Below, in pieces: positions 51,649 through 62,072 of a stretch of DNA of 64,000 bases. Below the pieces are notes generated by a model. That model ran no database searches and had not been told where the DNA came from. It was given only the letters and a program-made list of their open reading frames with translations. Position numbers and translations under genes: made by a program. The stretch's first letter is position 1. Every line of letters begins with the position of its first letter. Source of the DNA: an uncultured Verrucomicrobiae bacterium (GTDB lineage Bacteria; Verrucomicrobiota; Verrucomicrobiia; Limisphaerales; Palsa-1400); the NCBI GenBank assembly GCA_963764165.1, contig CAVXRD010000002.1, forward strand, positions 1,824,001-1,888,000, in the 5' to 3' direction.

Positions 51649-52113
51649 ATGGAAGACCAGGTTTTGCTATTGCAGCAGCTTTATCCACGCATCTACGTCG
51701 CGTGTCATGTCGATCACATAAAGGCCGCCTCATCCTCTGTTCATCTGTCGGCGCGGGATTCGTCTATCCTCGCCCATTTCCAGGATTCCGGCGGGATTTT
51801 TCGGCCATCGAAGCTGGCGCGGCACCTGGGAATCGCCCGATCGACGATGTCGCAGGCGTTGAAAAAACTGATCTCGCTGGGTTATGTCGCCGCTAAAAAA
51901 AATCCATCCGACCGCCGGGAATCTGACTTGCGCCTGACCGGGCGGGGACGCAAAGCGATGCAGGCCGCCTCGGTGCTCGATTATGACAAGGCAAAAGAAT
52001 TGCTGGGGCGGCTCTCGCCCGCCCAACGAAAAGCGGGACTTGGCGGCCTGGCAATCCTCGCCAAGGCGGCTGGCGAAGTGATGCTCAAGCCACGTTCGAC
52101 CAAGACCTCATAA
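51649..52113 (+). CDS. MarR family transcriptional regulator
   Basis: LARHLGIARSTMSQALKKL...DRRESDLRLTGRG. Confidence 0.9.
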   Translation: MEDQVLLLQQLYPRIYVACHVDHIKAASSSVHLSARDSSILAHFQDSGGIFRPSKLARHLGIARSTMSQALKKLISLGYVAAKKNPSDRRESDLRLTGRGRKAMQAASVLDYDKAKELLGRLSPAQRKAGLGGLAILAKAAGEVMLKPRSTKTS

Positions 52114-52126
52114 TCAAAGGAATAAA

Positions 52127-52630
52127 ATGAAATTGGCATTAATAGCTGGCGCAATATTGTCGGGACTCATGGCTTTGATGGCAATCGGCGGCGCGCTCCT
52201 CCCGAAAAAGCACGTCGTGAGCCGCTCCGCCGAATTCAAGCTGCCCCCGGGCTCCATATGGGCTGCCATTACCAACGTTGAATCATATCCAGAATGGCGG
52301 ACGGGGGTGACGAAAGTTGAAATTGTTCAGCACGAACCCAAAAAACGCTGGCGCGAAAAGAGTTCTCAAGGCGAGATACTTTTCGAACTGGCCGAAGCCG
52401 CCCCTCCGAACCATCTGGTCACCCGGATTGCCGATCCAAAGCTGCCTTTTGGCGGCACTTGGACGTATGAGATCGCGCCCTCGGGCACCGGAAGCCGTTT
52501 GACCATCACGGAAAACGGCGAAGTGTACAACGTATTCTTCCGGTTTCTTTCCCGCTTCGTCTTTGGATATGCTTCATCCATTGATGCGTGGATGAAGTCT
52601 TTGGCGAAGAAATCCGGCGATTCCAGATAA
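52127..52630 (+). CDS. SRPBCC (polyketide cyclase/START-like) family protein
   Basis: IWAAITNVESYPEW, FGGTWTYEI, LTITENG. Confidence 0.88.
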   Translation: MKLALIAGAILSGLMALMAIGGALLPKKHVVSRSAEFKLPPGSIWAAITNVESYPEWRTGVTKVEIVQHEPKKRWREKSSQGEILFELAEAAPPNHLVTRIADPKLPFGGTWTYEIAPSGTGSRLTITENGEVYNVFFRFLSRFVFGYASSIDAWMKSLAKKSGDSR

Positions 52631-52634
52631 AAGC

Positions 52635-53267
52635 ATGAACGACCCCGAGCGCGAGCATTTGAAGCGAAACTTGCATGAAATGATCGCCGGGTGTGGCGAC
52701 GGCATTGAACTGGACGCCGATTTCCGCTGGGTTGTTTCCGGCGCCCGGCAGCCGGGAATTTTCTTTCAAAGCTTGCCGCTGCTCCTTCCGCCAGATGCCA
52801 TCTTGCATTTTGAAGGATGCGAGGTGTCCCGAGATATTTGCGCGTTTTATGAAGCAAATGAAGCCTCTGATCCTGCCGCTGTCATGCGGGACACTGTTTT
52901 TCCCGCATCCGAATGTTATCACGTTAGGTTCTCTCCCGAAGTTTTGGCCAGGATCTGTGAATTGGCAGCCACCCGAAAAACAAATGAGCTATTCGACCAT
53001 GTGAAAGCCTATTGGAAGAAGAATCTGCTGCTTCATTTTCACGATGCATTCAAGGAGAGTGGGCTTCTGATTTCTGACCGTGTTCCCGAGGAGGCGGTTT
53101 CTGAGTTCGCGAGCCGGCTTGGCGCGACCTACCGCCGCGAGCCATACGTTAACAAACGCATTGAGGGTCTCCGCGCGGTGCTCAAGGCTGTGGAGAATCC
53201 GGCAGGGATTCGAATCCAAGGCGAGACCTGGTGGAGGCGAGTGTGGCGGCGATGGACATGGATGTGA
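52635..53267 (+). CDS. Hypothetical protein
   Basis: 210-aa ORF 4 bp after the SRPBCC gene. Confidence 0.7.
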   Translation: MNDPEREHLKRNLHEMIAGCGDGIELDADFRWVVSGARQPGIFFQSLPLLLPPDAILHFEGCEVSRDICAFYEANEASDPAAVMRDTVFPASECYHVRFSPEVLARICELAATRKTNELFDHVKAYWKKNLLLHFHDAFKESGLLISDRVPEEAVSEFASRLGATYRREPYVNKRIEGLRAVLKAVENPAGIRIQGETWWRRVWRRWTWM

Positions 53268-53390
53268 CTCGCTATGAACGGCCGGCGCGGCGAGAACCTT
53301 CTGAGGATATTGAATCGTTGAGTCGAATTGCATGGCTTATGGCCATGCCAAAGAACCTGAAGCAGACGTCATCGGTTCATGCCGACGCTA

Positions 53391-54629
53391 TCATTGCTCC
53401 CGCGCCGCGGGCAGCGATACGAAAAAAGTGCTGCCTCCGGATCCGTCCGATTCGACCCGGATTCCGCCGTCCTGCAGCTCCAGCATTTTCTGCGCGATAG
53501 TCAGGCCCAGCCCCTCGCCTTCGGTCGTGGCGGGGTTCAACCGGTGAAAAATCTCGAACACTTTTGCCCGATGCTCCGGCGCGATCCCGATGCCATTGTC
53601 TTTGACCGCGTAAACAGCTCGCCCGCTCTCAGTCCCGCCGGAAATGCGGATGAGACACGGGCGGCTCGGGCTGCGATATTTGATGGCGTTGTCAATTAAA
53701 TTTGAAAACACCTGGTTCACCTGCACCGAATCGCCGAGGCAGCGCGGGAGGTCCTGGATTTGAATCACCGCGCCAGTCTGCTTGAGTTGAAATTCGAAAG
53801 TCTGCGCAATCTGCGACAGCATCGCATTCATATTCAATTCGCCGATCTTGATGGCAGCCCGGCCCAAGCGCGAGAAACGAATGAAACGCGCCAGCAAACT
53901 GTCAATTTTCGCCACGCCCGCTTTTATGAACTCCATCGATTCCCGGATGTCCTTGCTGAGAATGTCCTCCAATTCGCGGCTATTGACTCCCGACGCCATT
54001 TCTGCCTTCACCAACTCTCGGATGCGGTCGCAGGCGTGGCCCAGTTCATCGGTGAATCCCTGGATGTTCATCAGCGGGGAGCGCAAATCATGCGCGGCGA
54101 CGTAAACCACCGTTTCCAGTTCCTTGTTCTTCTCCGCCAGGCTTTGCGCCAGTTCCGCCAGGCGCGCCTCGTCCATTTTGCGGCGGCTGATGTCCGTGCG
54201 GATGGCGATGTATTGCACCGGTTGCCCACTGTCGTTCAAAAAGGGAAATATGGTCGTGTCGACCCAGTAAAAACTGCCGTCCTTGGCCCTGTTGCGAATT
54301 TCACCTTTCCACACTTTTCCCGAGGCGATGGTGGCCCAGAGGTCGCGAAAGAATTCCTTGGAATGGTAGCGGGAATTGATGAGGCGGTGATCCTGCCCGA
54401 GCAATTCCTCGCGCGAGTACTTGGAGATCTCGCAAAATTTATCGTTGACGCCAGTGATCCGGCCCTGTGGGTCGGTAATCGCCACGATGGAATGGGCGTC
54501 GAGGGCGGATTTGAGATCGCGCCATTCGCGATCGGGTTCAATTTGGCCGTCAGGCGCCGAAGGCTCGGATTGCAGCGACCCCATCTTTTTCTTCACTTCA
54601 GCCCTGTTTGTTTGGGAATAGTCGTCCAT
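53391..54629 (-). CDS. PAS-domain sensor histidine kinase
   Basis: PAS ([30 protein letters not shown]), H-box [27 protein letters not shown]. Confidence 0.95.
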   Translation of the reverse strand: MDDYSQTNRAEVKKKMGSLQSEPSAPDGQIEPDREWRDLKSALDAHSIVAITDPQGRITGVNDKFCEISKYSREELLGQDHRLINSRYHSKEFFRDLWATIASGKVWKGEIRNRAKDGSFYWVDTTIFPFLNDSGQPVQYIAIRTDISRRKMDEARLAELAQSLAEKNKELETVVYVAAHDLRSPLMNIQGFTDELGHACDRIRELVKAEMASGVNSRELEDILSKDIRESMEFIKAGVAKIDSLLARFIRFSRLGRAAIKIGELNMNAMLSQIAQTFEFQLKQTGAVIQIQDLPRCLGDSVQVNQVFSNLIDNAIKYRSPSRPCLIRISGGTESGRAVYAVKDNGIGIAPEHRAKVFEIFHRLNPATTEGEGLGLTIAQKMLELQDGGIRVESDGSGGSTFFVSLPAAREQ

Positions 54630-54775
54630 TCGCCGGTAATTTACCAATCAATCAAACTCTGACACGCTAAAAGTTGATTCTGCGCCTGTTTTTGCCAATC
54701 GGCCGGTTCATGCGGGACCACGCGCCAAAACTTGCTCACGCCACGATTCACCTCCATGATTAGCAACGATTTGCG

Positions 54776-56530
54776 ATGCAAAAAACCTGGATCACAGCGA
54801 TTGCCGTCTGGCTGGCATGTGCAGCCATGACGCCGGCGCGCGCTGGCAATCTGGCGCTGCCACCGCGCCCGCCTGACGCCCCCAAAGGCTCCGCTTTTGC
54901 GGACACCATCGCAAATCTCGACTTGACGAATCGGGAGGCGGCCATCGTGGCGGAGGTGCTGCACGGCAATGTTCCTGATTTTTGGCGGCGGTTTGTCAAT
55001 GTCACAGTCAAACGCAACGGCATGACAGCGGTTTACGAAGCCGCGCCAGATTACCTGTGCATCGGTTCGGACGACGACTATTTGCTGATGCCCATCTCCC
55101 CGCAAACCGCGCAGCTTCTGGCGGACAAGCTGGATTGCGTTATGCCAACGCCCCGGATGGTATCCGACATTTATGCCGCAGCCGAAGTGAAGCTCGCTCC
55201 CATTCCCATCCCGCCCAGCTCAAAGATGACCACCGTGCCAGTTTTTATTGAACACAACAAAATGGTGCGCCAGCAGCGCGCGGAAACGCTGGCCGCCCAC
55301 CCGCCCGGCGCCTTGGTGGCGGGCGATATGAAGGATTTGGTATTGACAGCGCGGCTCGCCGGGACATCCAACAAAGTCGCCATTTTTGGCTGGCATCGCC
55401 CCGGCGGAACTCCCATTCAACCGCTCTACACCGGACACGCCTCGACGTGGGTGGATTACAGCCAGGGCACGCGTTTCGTCCGCCAGTCGATGACGGTCGA
55501 TGGGGAAGCCACCACGATTTCAGAAGTGCTGGCGGACACGAATCGCTGCGTCCTGTTGAGTGACGAAGGCCCATTGCTGGAGCCGCGATTTGGAAACGTG
55601 CGCCCGTTGGAAACGCCGAGTGCGCCAACTGCCGACACGAAATTTCACGAGAGGAACGAGATTCTCCATTTTGATCCGGGCGTCCGTGTTTGGCTGAATT
55701 CTCCAGATTTTGTGGATGCGGCGAAACCTGTCAGATTAATCATTTACGCCCTCCCCAACGGAAATACCATTGAACAGACGATTGGCCGCAAGCCAAGACC
55801 CGGCGATGATTGGCATTTTGATATTCAAAACATTGGCGCGCAGCTTCGGTGGCTGCGCCAGCATGGCCCGGAGGAAACGTGGGTCATCGCGTATTTCCAA
55901 TGCGAAGGAAACGCGTGGCCCGCCTGGCTGACCGCCCACGATGCGAATGGCCATCGCGCCAAGGAAATGGTGGGCAGCGTGCGCGGCCGCTTCACCAACG
56001 CGCAGGTGGAACTCGTATTGACAGGGCACAGCGGGGGCGGCGCTTTGACATTCGCTTATATTGATGCAGTGGATCGCATTCCCGATGACGTTGAGCGAAT
56101 TGCTTTTCTTGACAGCGACTATCGCTACGACTCCGCGAAAGGGCACGACGCCAAGCTGATTGCGTGGCTTGAATCCATGCCGCGGCATTCCCTCTGCGTT
56201 CTCGCCTACCACGACAGCATCGCGCTCCTGAACAGAAAAACATTCGTCAGCGAAAACGGCGGAACGTGGGGCCGCAGCCACGCGCTGCAAAGCGACCTTG
56301 CAAAGAAATTTAGTTTTACACGCGACGAACAGCCGCCGTGGGAGCGTTTCACCGCGCTGGAGGGGCGCGTAAAATTCCTGTTCCACGAAAACCCCGATCA
56401 CGCCGTTCTCCACACGAAGCAAGTTGAATTGAACGGCTTCATCCACGCCATGCTGACCGGGACGCCAGCGGAGAATCGTGATTACACTTATTTCGGTCCG
56501 CGCGCTTACGGCGGCTTCATTTCGGATTAA
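54776..56530 (+). CDS. Secreted two-domain protein: unknown N-terminal domain plus alpha/beta-hydrolase-like domain
   Basis: Signal peptide; LTGHSGGG nucleophile elbow, AFLDS, late His. Confidence 0.8.
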   Translation: MQKTWITAIAVWLACAAMTPARAGNLALPPRPPDAPKGSAFADTIANLDLTNREAAIVAEVLHGNVPDFWRRFVNVTVKRNGMTAVYEAAPDYLCIGSDDDYLLMPISPQTAQLLADKLDCVMPTPRMVSDIYAAAEVKLAPIPIPPSSKMTTVPVFIEHNKMVRQQRAETLAAHPPGALVAGDMKDLVLTARLAGTSNKVAIFGWHRPGGTPIQPLYTGHASTWVDYSQGTRFVRQSMTVDGEATTISEVLADTNRCVLLSDEGPLLEPRFGNVRPLETPSAPTADTKFHERNEILHFDPGVRVWLNSPDFVDAAKPVRLIIYALPNGNTIEQTIGRKPRPGDDWHFDIQNIGAQLRWLRQHGPEETWVIAYFQCEGNAWPAWLTAHDANGHRAKEMVGSVRGRFTNAQVELVLTGHSGGGALTFAYIDAVDRIPDDVERIAFLDSDYRYDSAKGHDAKLIAWLESMPRHSLCVLAYHDSIALLNRKTFVSENGGTWGRSHALQSDLAKKFSFTRDEQPPWERFTALEGRVKFLFHENPDHAVLHTKQVELNGFIHAMLTGTPAENRDYTYFGPRAYGGFISD

Positions 56531-56532
56531 TG

Positions 56533-56749
56533 AATCAGGAACGCCCGAACTCAGGAAAAGAGGCCCGCGTTGCTTTTCAGACGATGGAGGCGAGGCAGAT
56601 TTCGGGATAAGACAAACGAGATTTTCAACAGAAGCTCACGAAGAAAGGCCAAGGGAACTTTGTCTCTCTCCACGGAGCGGGATCCCCGGATTCACGCCGC
56701 GCATGAATCCGGCTTCAGCCTCCGTTCCTGAGTTCGGGCGTTCCTGATT
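56533..56749. repeat. MITE/REPIN-like element, family A (second copy)
   Basis: AATCAGGAACGCCCGAACTCAGGAA at 56533-56557, reverse complement at 56725-56749. Confidence 0.85.
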
Positions 56750-56811
56750 TAAAAATTTTCTCGCGGTTCAAAATAGTTGATTCGCGGGCGGAAGTAGCTC
56801 TTACTTCACGG

Positions 56812-57852
56812 GTGAAACTTGAGTATTGGAATTGCGATTTGTCGTTGGCCCATAGCTGGGCCATCTCGGGGCGCGCTGGAGCCCGCCTCCACCACAATGT
56901 TCTTGTCAAACTGACCGGCGGCGATGGCCTGGTCGGCATTGGCGAGTCCGCGCCTGCCAGCACATATCACGAGTCCGCCGAGACTTCATCCGCCTTCCTG
57001 GCCAAAGTCGACGCCGGCAAACTTTCGTTCGACAGTATTCCGGCCAGCATGGCGGCCCTTGAGGCGGTTGGGCCGGGCGAGATGGCCGCCAAATGCGCCA
57101 TCAATATCGCGCTGGTCGACGGCGCGGCGCGGCGCGCGGGCAAGGCCGTTTACGATTATCTTGGAATTGGCTTCGAGGAGAACAAGCACATTACTTCGAT
57201 GAGCATCGGCATCGATACGCCGGAGAGCATCCGTCAAAAAACGAAGGAAGCTGAACAATATCCCGTGCTGAAACTTAAAATCGGCGATCCTCGCGATAAA
57301 GAGAATTTGGCCGCCGTGCGCGACGTCGCGCCCACGAAACTTGTCCGCGTCGATGCCAACGAAGGTTGGAAAACAAAAGAGCACGCATTGGAAATGCTGG
57401 AATGGCTGGCCAAAGACGGTCGCATTGAATTTGTCGAACAGCCAATGCCTCACGGCACGAGCGCCAAGGATCTTATTTGGTTGAAGGCTCGCACGCCCAT
57501 CCCCATTTTTGCCGATGAATCCTATCACGGCGCCAGCAATGTTGAGCATTGCGCGGAGTGTTATCACGGAGTGAACGTCAAACTCGTGAAGGCTGGCGGC
57601 ATTACCCCCGCCTACGATGCACTGATGGCCGCCCGCAAGGCTGGGTTGAAAACGATGATCGGCTGCATGATTGAGACGAGCATTTTAATCACTGCCGGGG
57701 CGCACCTTGCAAGCCTCGCCGACCATCTCGATCTCGACGGCAATTTGCTGACGACCAACGATCCTTACGAGGGCGCCACTGCGGAGAAGGGCATGATTTC
57801 TTTCGCCAAGACGGCTGAAAAAATCGGCCTTCGCGTCCGCGCCAAAGCTTAA
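56812..57852 (+). CDS. L-Ala-D/L-Glu dipeptide epimerase (enolase superfamily)
   Basis: KLK, VDANEG, EQP, ADES, VNVKLVK, MIGCMIE, DLDG. Confidence 0.93.
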   Translation: MKLEYWNCDLSLAHSWAISGRAGARLHHNVLVKLTGGDGLVGIGESAPASTYHESAETSSAFLAKVDAGKLSFDSIPASMAALEAVGPGEMAAKCAINIALVDGAARRAGKAVYDYLGIGFEENKHITSMSIGIDTPESIRQKTKEAEQYPVLKLKIGDPRDKENLAAVRDVAPTKLVRVDANEGWKTKEHALEMLEWLAKDGRIEFVEQPMPHGTSAKDLIWLKARTPIPIFADESYHGASNVEHCAECYHGVNVKLVKAGGITPAYDALMAARKAGLKTMIGCMIETSILITAGAHLASLADHLDLDGNLLTTNDPYEGATAEKGMISFAKTAEKIGLRVRAKA

Positions 57853-57858
57853 CCTGGC

Positions 57859-59601
57859 TTGCATAAGAAAGGTTACAACCGACTCCTGCTGACAGTCGCC
57901 GGGTTGGGCGGCCTGCTCTTTGCGGTGGACGTCGGAATCATTTCGGGCGCCCTGCCCTACTTGGAAGCAACATCCGGCTTGGATCCCGCAAAACTTTCTT
58001 ATGTCGTGGCCGCGGTTCTGTTGGGAACGCTGATTTCGACTTCGTTCGCCGGTTTTCTCGCTGATTTGCTCGGGCGCAGGACGTTGATGACCATCAGCGG
58101 GATTTTGTTTTGCACGAGCGTGCCATGGATCGCTCTTTCGCATGGTTTCGGATGGCTAGTCTCGGGACGGGTATTGCAGGGCGCCAGCGGCGGTCTGATT
58201 TCGGTAGCCGGGCCGCTCTACCTCGCGGAGTGTCTGGCGGCCAAAGACCGGGGCAAAGGCGCAGGCATTTTTCAATGGCTGTTAACACTCGGCTACATGG
58301 CAGCTTCGGGGATCGCACTCTATATCAGCGCGCGCGTCGACGCGGTCGCAAAGCTCGGCGATGCGGTGAAACTTCTCGCCTATAAAGATTGGGCATGGCG
58401 GAGCATTTTTTGGATTTCACTGCCGCCGGGATTTCTGTTTCTCTTTGGAACTTTCTTTGTTTCCGAATCACCCCGCTGGCTGTTTCGGCGCGGACGAAAA
58501 GTTGCGGCAATGCGTTCGCTCCTGCGTTCCCGCAGCGAGGAGCAAGCGAAGATTGAATTCGCTGAAATGGAGCGCATAGAGACAGAGGAAACGAAGAAAA
58601 ACGCCACGTCAAACACCCATCACGAATCGCTGCTTCAAAAGAAATATATTGTGCCGTTCGCGCTGGCCTGCGTCATCGCGGCCTGCAACCAAGGCACTGG
58701 TGTTAATTCGGTTCTCGCCTACAACGCAACCATTCTAATCCGCGCCGGCTTGAGCGACGAGGCGGCCCACATCGGTTACTTCATTCTGACCACGATCAAT
58801 TTCCTCGTGACGATCATCGCCATCGCGCTGGTGGATCGCGTGGGGCGCAAACTTCTTTTGTCAATGGGAACGGCGGGCGTGATTGTGTTCATGATCGTGA
58901 CTGCTCTTATGTTTCGGCGCACCGAATTGCGCGAAGTGGATGTCCGCGACAGGGTGCAGGCGATGGTCACCACAAACCAATCGGCGGAAATTCCTTTTGA
59001 CACAGCGATGGCGGCGAAGCTGCTCGAAAGCACGAATGCAGCCGCGCAATCGCTGATGGTTCTTTACTCTTACGGCGATTTCAATTCAGCCACCAAGACG
59101 GTTCGCTCCGACGAGCTTGGCTCCAAAATTGTTATCAGCAGAGCCGCGGGCGTTCCGGGCACAAAAGTGGCGGCGTTCTTCAACAATCCGGCGGGAAATT
59201 TGGATCAGGCTCGCGTCGCTCCTCTGAAAATTCAGCACGCTTTTGTCACTCCGGTGCCCAGCGCGCGAAACGGCTGGCTGACTGCGATTTGCATTTATTG
59301 TTTCATGTCGTTCTTTGCGGTCGGGCCGGGCGTGTGTGTCTGGCTGGCGCTTTCCGAGTTGATGCCCACCCGCATCCGCTCCAATGGCATGAGCATCGCG
59401 CTGCTGCTCAAGAGCATCGTCTCCACCACCATCGCCGCGATTTTTCTTCCGAGCGTCGGGCGATACGGCTACAGTTCGGTGTTCTTTGGCTTTGCTGCTT
59501 TTACCGTTGTCTATTTCATCACGGCGGCTTTTTTCCTTCCGGAAACGAAAGGCAAAACGCTGGAGGAAATCGAAGCCGCATTTGCCGCGGGGAAAAAATG
59601 A
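57859..59601 (+). CDS. Sugar-porter MFS transporter with a large inserted loop
   Basis: LADLLGRR, YLAE, ESPRWL, VDRVGRK, SELMPTRIRS, PETKGKTLEEIE. Confidence 0.93.
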   Translation: MHKKGYNRLLLTVAGLGGLLFAVDVGIISGALPYLEATSGLDPAKLSYVVAAVLLGTLISTSFAGFLADLLGRRTLMTISGILFCTSVPWIALSHGFGWLVSGRVLQGASGGLISVAGPLYLAECLAAKDRGKGAGIFQWLLTLGYMAASGIALYISARVDAVAKLGDAVKLLAYKDWAWRSIFWISLPPGFLFLFGTFFVSESPRWLFRRGRKVAAMRSLLRSRSEEQAKIEFAEMERIETEETKKNATSNTHHESLLQKKYIVPFALACVIAACNQGTGVNSVLAYNATILIRAGLSDEAAHIGYFILTTINFLVTIIAIALVDRVGRKLLLSMGTAGVIVFMIVTALMFRRTELREVDVRDRVQAMVTTNQSAEIPFDTAMAAKLLESTNAAAQSLMVLYSYGDFNSATKTVRSDELGSKIVISRAAGVPGTKVAAFFNNPAGNLDQARVAPLKIQHAFVTPVPSARNGWLTAICIYCFMSFFAVGPGVCVWLALSELMPTRIRSNGMSIALLLKSIVSTTIAAIFLPSVGRYGYSSVFFGFAAFTVVYFITAAFFLPETKGKTLEEIEAAFAAGKK

Positions 59602-60722
59602 ATTTCATGAGTGTGTTGCGTTCAAAATTGGGCCTCGCCGTTTCCATTGCGGCGGTGGGAACCGTTCTCGCCGGCTGCCATTCCGTCTCCCTCGAAGCGA
59701 AAGGCGACTTCAGCCGATTCGCTGGCTTGACCGATTTTTCAAAATTTACCAAGGCGGAGGACGCCGCAGGCAACGTGGTGATGATGTCGCCGCCGATCAA
59801 GGCGCACATCCCTTGGAACCAATTGGTGGTGTCGTGGAACGCAAAAGCTCCGCCGGGCACGATGGTGAAAATCGAGGCCTCGGCCATCTCCCACGCAAAT
59901 CACACGAAGTATTACACAATGGGAATTTGGTCGCCGGACCGGGACTTCCGCACCAGCGTCCGCCGCCAAAAAGACACCGACGGCACGGTGGACACGGATA
60001 CATTAGTTTTGACAGATAACGCCGAAGAAGCTCAGCTTCGCATTACGCTGATCCCTTCAACCAACGGGCTGCCAACTTTGAAGTTTCTGGGCGCCTCATT
60101 CGCGAATACCAGAGCAGAACAACAGGAACGGCGGCCTAACAAATCGGCCTGGGGAAAAACCATTCCCACGCCCGAACATTCCCAGCACGGCTATCCGAAC
60201 GGAAACGGTTGGTGCAGCCCGACTTCTCTTTCGATGGCGCTCTCCCGCTGGGCCATGGTGCTCAAAAGGCCCGAGATGGATTTGACGGTGCCGGTGGTGG
60301 CGGGCGATGTCTTTGACAACAGCATGTCCGGCACCGGCAACTGGCCTTTCAACACCGCCTTTGCCGGAAGCTTCGACGGCATGCGCTCCTACGTGACGCG
60401 GCTGGATGATTTGCGCGAAGTTGAGGATTGGATCGCGGCGGGAATTCCGGTGATTCTTTCCGCGCGCTGGGATTGGCTCCGGCCCGGACGTCCGAATGAT
60501 TCGGCGGGCCATCTGGTGGTTTGCATCGGATTCACCGACGGCGGCGACCTCATCATCAACGATCCGGCGGCGCATCCGGACCGCGGCATTTATGTGCGAC
60601 AGATTTACAAGCGGGCCGACGTGATGCACGCCTGGAGCAAATCCTCCCACGCCGTGTATCTTGTTTACCCGGAGAACGCAAAAATTCCGGCGAACAAATA
60701 CGATCATTGGATGGATCACTGA
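59598..60722 (+). CDS. C39-like peptidase, probable lipoprotein
   Basis: Lipobox VLAGC; CSPTS, GNWPFN, GHLVV, NDP. Confidence 0.88.
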   Translation: MNFMSVLRSKLGLAVSIAAVGTVLAGCHSVSLEAKGDFSRFAGLTDFSKFTKAEDAAGNVVMMSPPIKAHIPWNQLVVSWNAKAPPGTMVKIEASAISHANHTKYYTMGIWSPDRDFRTSVRRQKDTDGTVDTDTLVLTDNAEEAQLRITLIPSTNGLPTLKFLGASFANTRAEQQERRPNKSAWGKTIPTPEHSQHGYPNGNGWCSPTSLSMALSRWAMVLKRPEMDLTVPVVAGDVFDNSMSGTGNWPFNTAFAGSFDGMRSYVTRLDDLREVEDWIAAGIPVILSARWDWLRPGRPNDSAGHLVVCIGFTDGGDLIINDPAAHPDRGIYVRQIYKRADVMHAWSKSSHAVYLVYPENAKIPANKYDHWMDH

Positions 60723-60733
60723 GCCGCTTTGAA

Positions 60734-60839
60734 CGGAGCGCGGCTGTGTCGAAGACCAGCCGCAGCAATATTCGAATAACCCGACTCGCCTCTCGGTTCT
60801 AACATGGCTGCGGCTGGTCTTCGACACAGCCGCGCTCCG
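60734..60839. repeat. REPIN-like element, family C, between convergent genes
   Basis: 33-bp perfect inverted repeat 60734-60766 / 60807-60839. Confidence 0.85.
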
Positions 60840-60879
60840 CCAAAATCTCGACTGTAGGCCTGTGCTTTTCCGGGAAATT

Positions 60880-62070
60880 CTATTTCTGGATCACAGCAGG
60901 CGCATTTGTCGCGCCTTTTTTGTCCTGGCCGAAATTGTAATCCGTCAGCGCCTCAGCGGCCAGAGTGCCCAATTTTCTCCGAAGAGGTATTACGTTGCCT
61001 TCCTCTGTCGGATGATTTCGATTTGACAGGAAAATGACGAATGTTTTCGTCGCCGGGTCGATCCAAAGTGATCCACCCGTCCATCCCGTGTGGCCATAGG
61101 AGCCGATTGGGAAATATTGCCCGCGCGGACCGCTGTAAGGCGTGTCAATGTCCCAGCCCAGGCCGCGCTTTTTGGAAATGCCGGGCGGCGATTGCACGCT
61201 GGTCATTAATTTGACAGTTTCCGGTTTGAAGATGCGCACGCCATCCAATTCGCCAAGGTTGAGCATCATTTCCGCGTAGCGCGCCAGGTCGGAGGCGGTG
61301 AAGAACAAGCCCGCGTGCCCAGCCACGCCGCCCATGTGCCGCGCGGTTGGATCATGCACCACCCCGCGCCACGGTTTTCCTTGCACAACTTCCGTTGGCG
61401 CGATGCGCGGCAGTTTTTCGCTCGGCGGCAGGAAGCCGGTATCGGTCATCTTAAGCGGGCCGTAAATTTCCTTCTGCACGAAATCCTGCAGCGGCATTTT
61501 GGAAACGCGATGAACGATTTCTCCAAGCATGAAGAAATTGATGTCGCTGTATTTGAATTCTGTTCCCGGCTTGGTCTGCAATGGCAGCGCGCAAGCCTTC
61601 TTGATCGCCTCCGCTTCGCCGTGCCAATCCGAACTGGTCTCAATATCCGGGGCGAGGCCTGACGTATGCGTCATCAATTCGCGCACCGTGACTTGATCCT
61701 TGTCCTCGCCGGTGAATTCCGGGATGTAAGTTTTGACCGGCGCATCGAGACTCACCTGCCCGCGCTCGATCAGCAGCATCATCGCGGGCGTGGTGGCGAC
61801 GACCTTCGTGAGCGATGCCGCGTCAAAAATCGTATCCTCCGTCATCGGCTCGTGATCGGGCACCACCGCGCGTTCGCCGTAGGCTTTGTGGTAGGAGACG
61901 CCGTTGTGCTCAATCCACAGCACGCCGCCGGGGCACTTCTTATTGTCAATGACGGCCTGAATGGCAGCGTCCATCTCCGCCAGCTTGTTGGTTCGGAAAA
62001 CCTCGCCAAACACACCGGGGGTGAAACTGGCCAGCAGCAGAATCAGAACGAATGAAAATTTTGCGCGCAT
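60880..62070 (-). CDS. Serine hydrolase of the beta-lactamase family (AmiE/YbbE-like)
   Basis: SxxK (ASLTK), LMTHTSG, YSD, GVVHDP, GVAGHAGLF, GHTGWTG; signal peptide. Confidence 0.92.
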   Translation of the reverse strand: MRAKFSFVLILLLASFTPGVFGEVFRTNKLAEMDAAIQAVIDNKKCPGGVLWIEHNGVSYHKAYGERAVVPDHEPMTEDTIFDAASLTKVVATTPAMMLLIERGQVSLDAPVKTYIPEFTGEDKDQVTVRELMTHTSGLAPDIETSSDWHGEAEAIKKACALPLQTKPGTEFKYSDINFFMLGEIVHRVSKMPLQDFVQKEIYGPLKMTDTGFLPPSEKLPRIAPTEVVQGKPWRGVVHDPTARHMGGVAGHAGLFFTASDLARYAEMMLNLGELDGVRIFKPETVKLMTSVQSPPGISKKRGLGWDIDTPYSGPRGQYFPIGSYGHTGWTGGSLWIDPATKTFVIFLSNRNHPTEEGNVIPLRRKLGTLAAEALTDYNFGQDKKGATNAPAVIQK

Positions 62071-62072
62071 GT

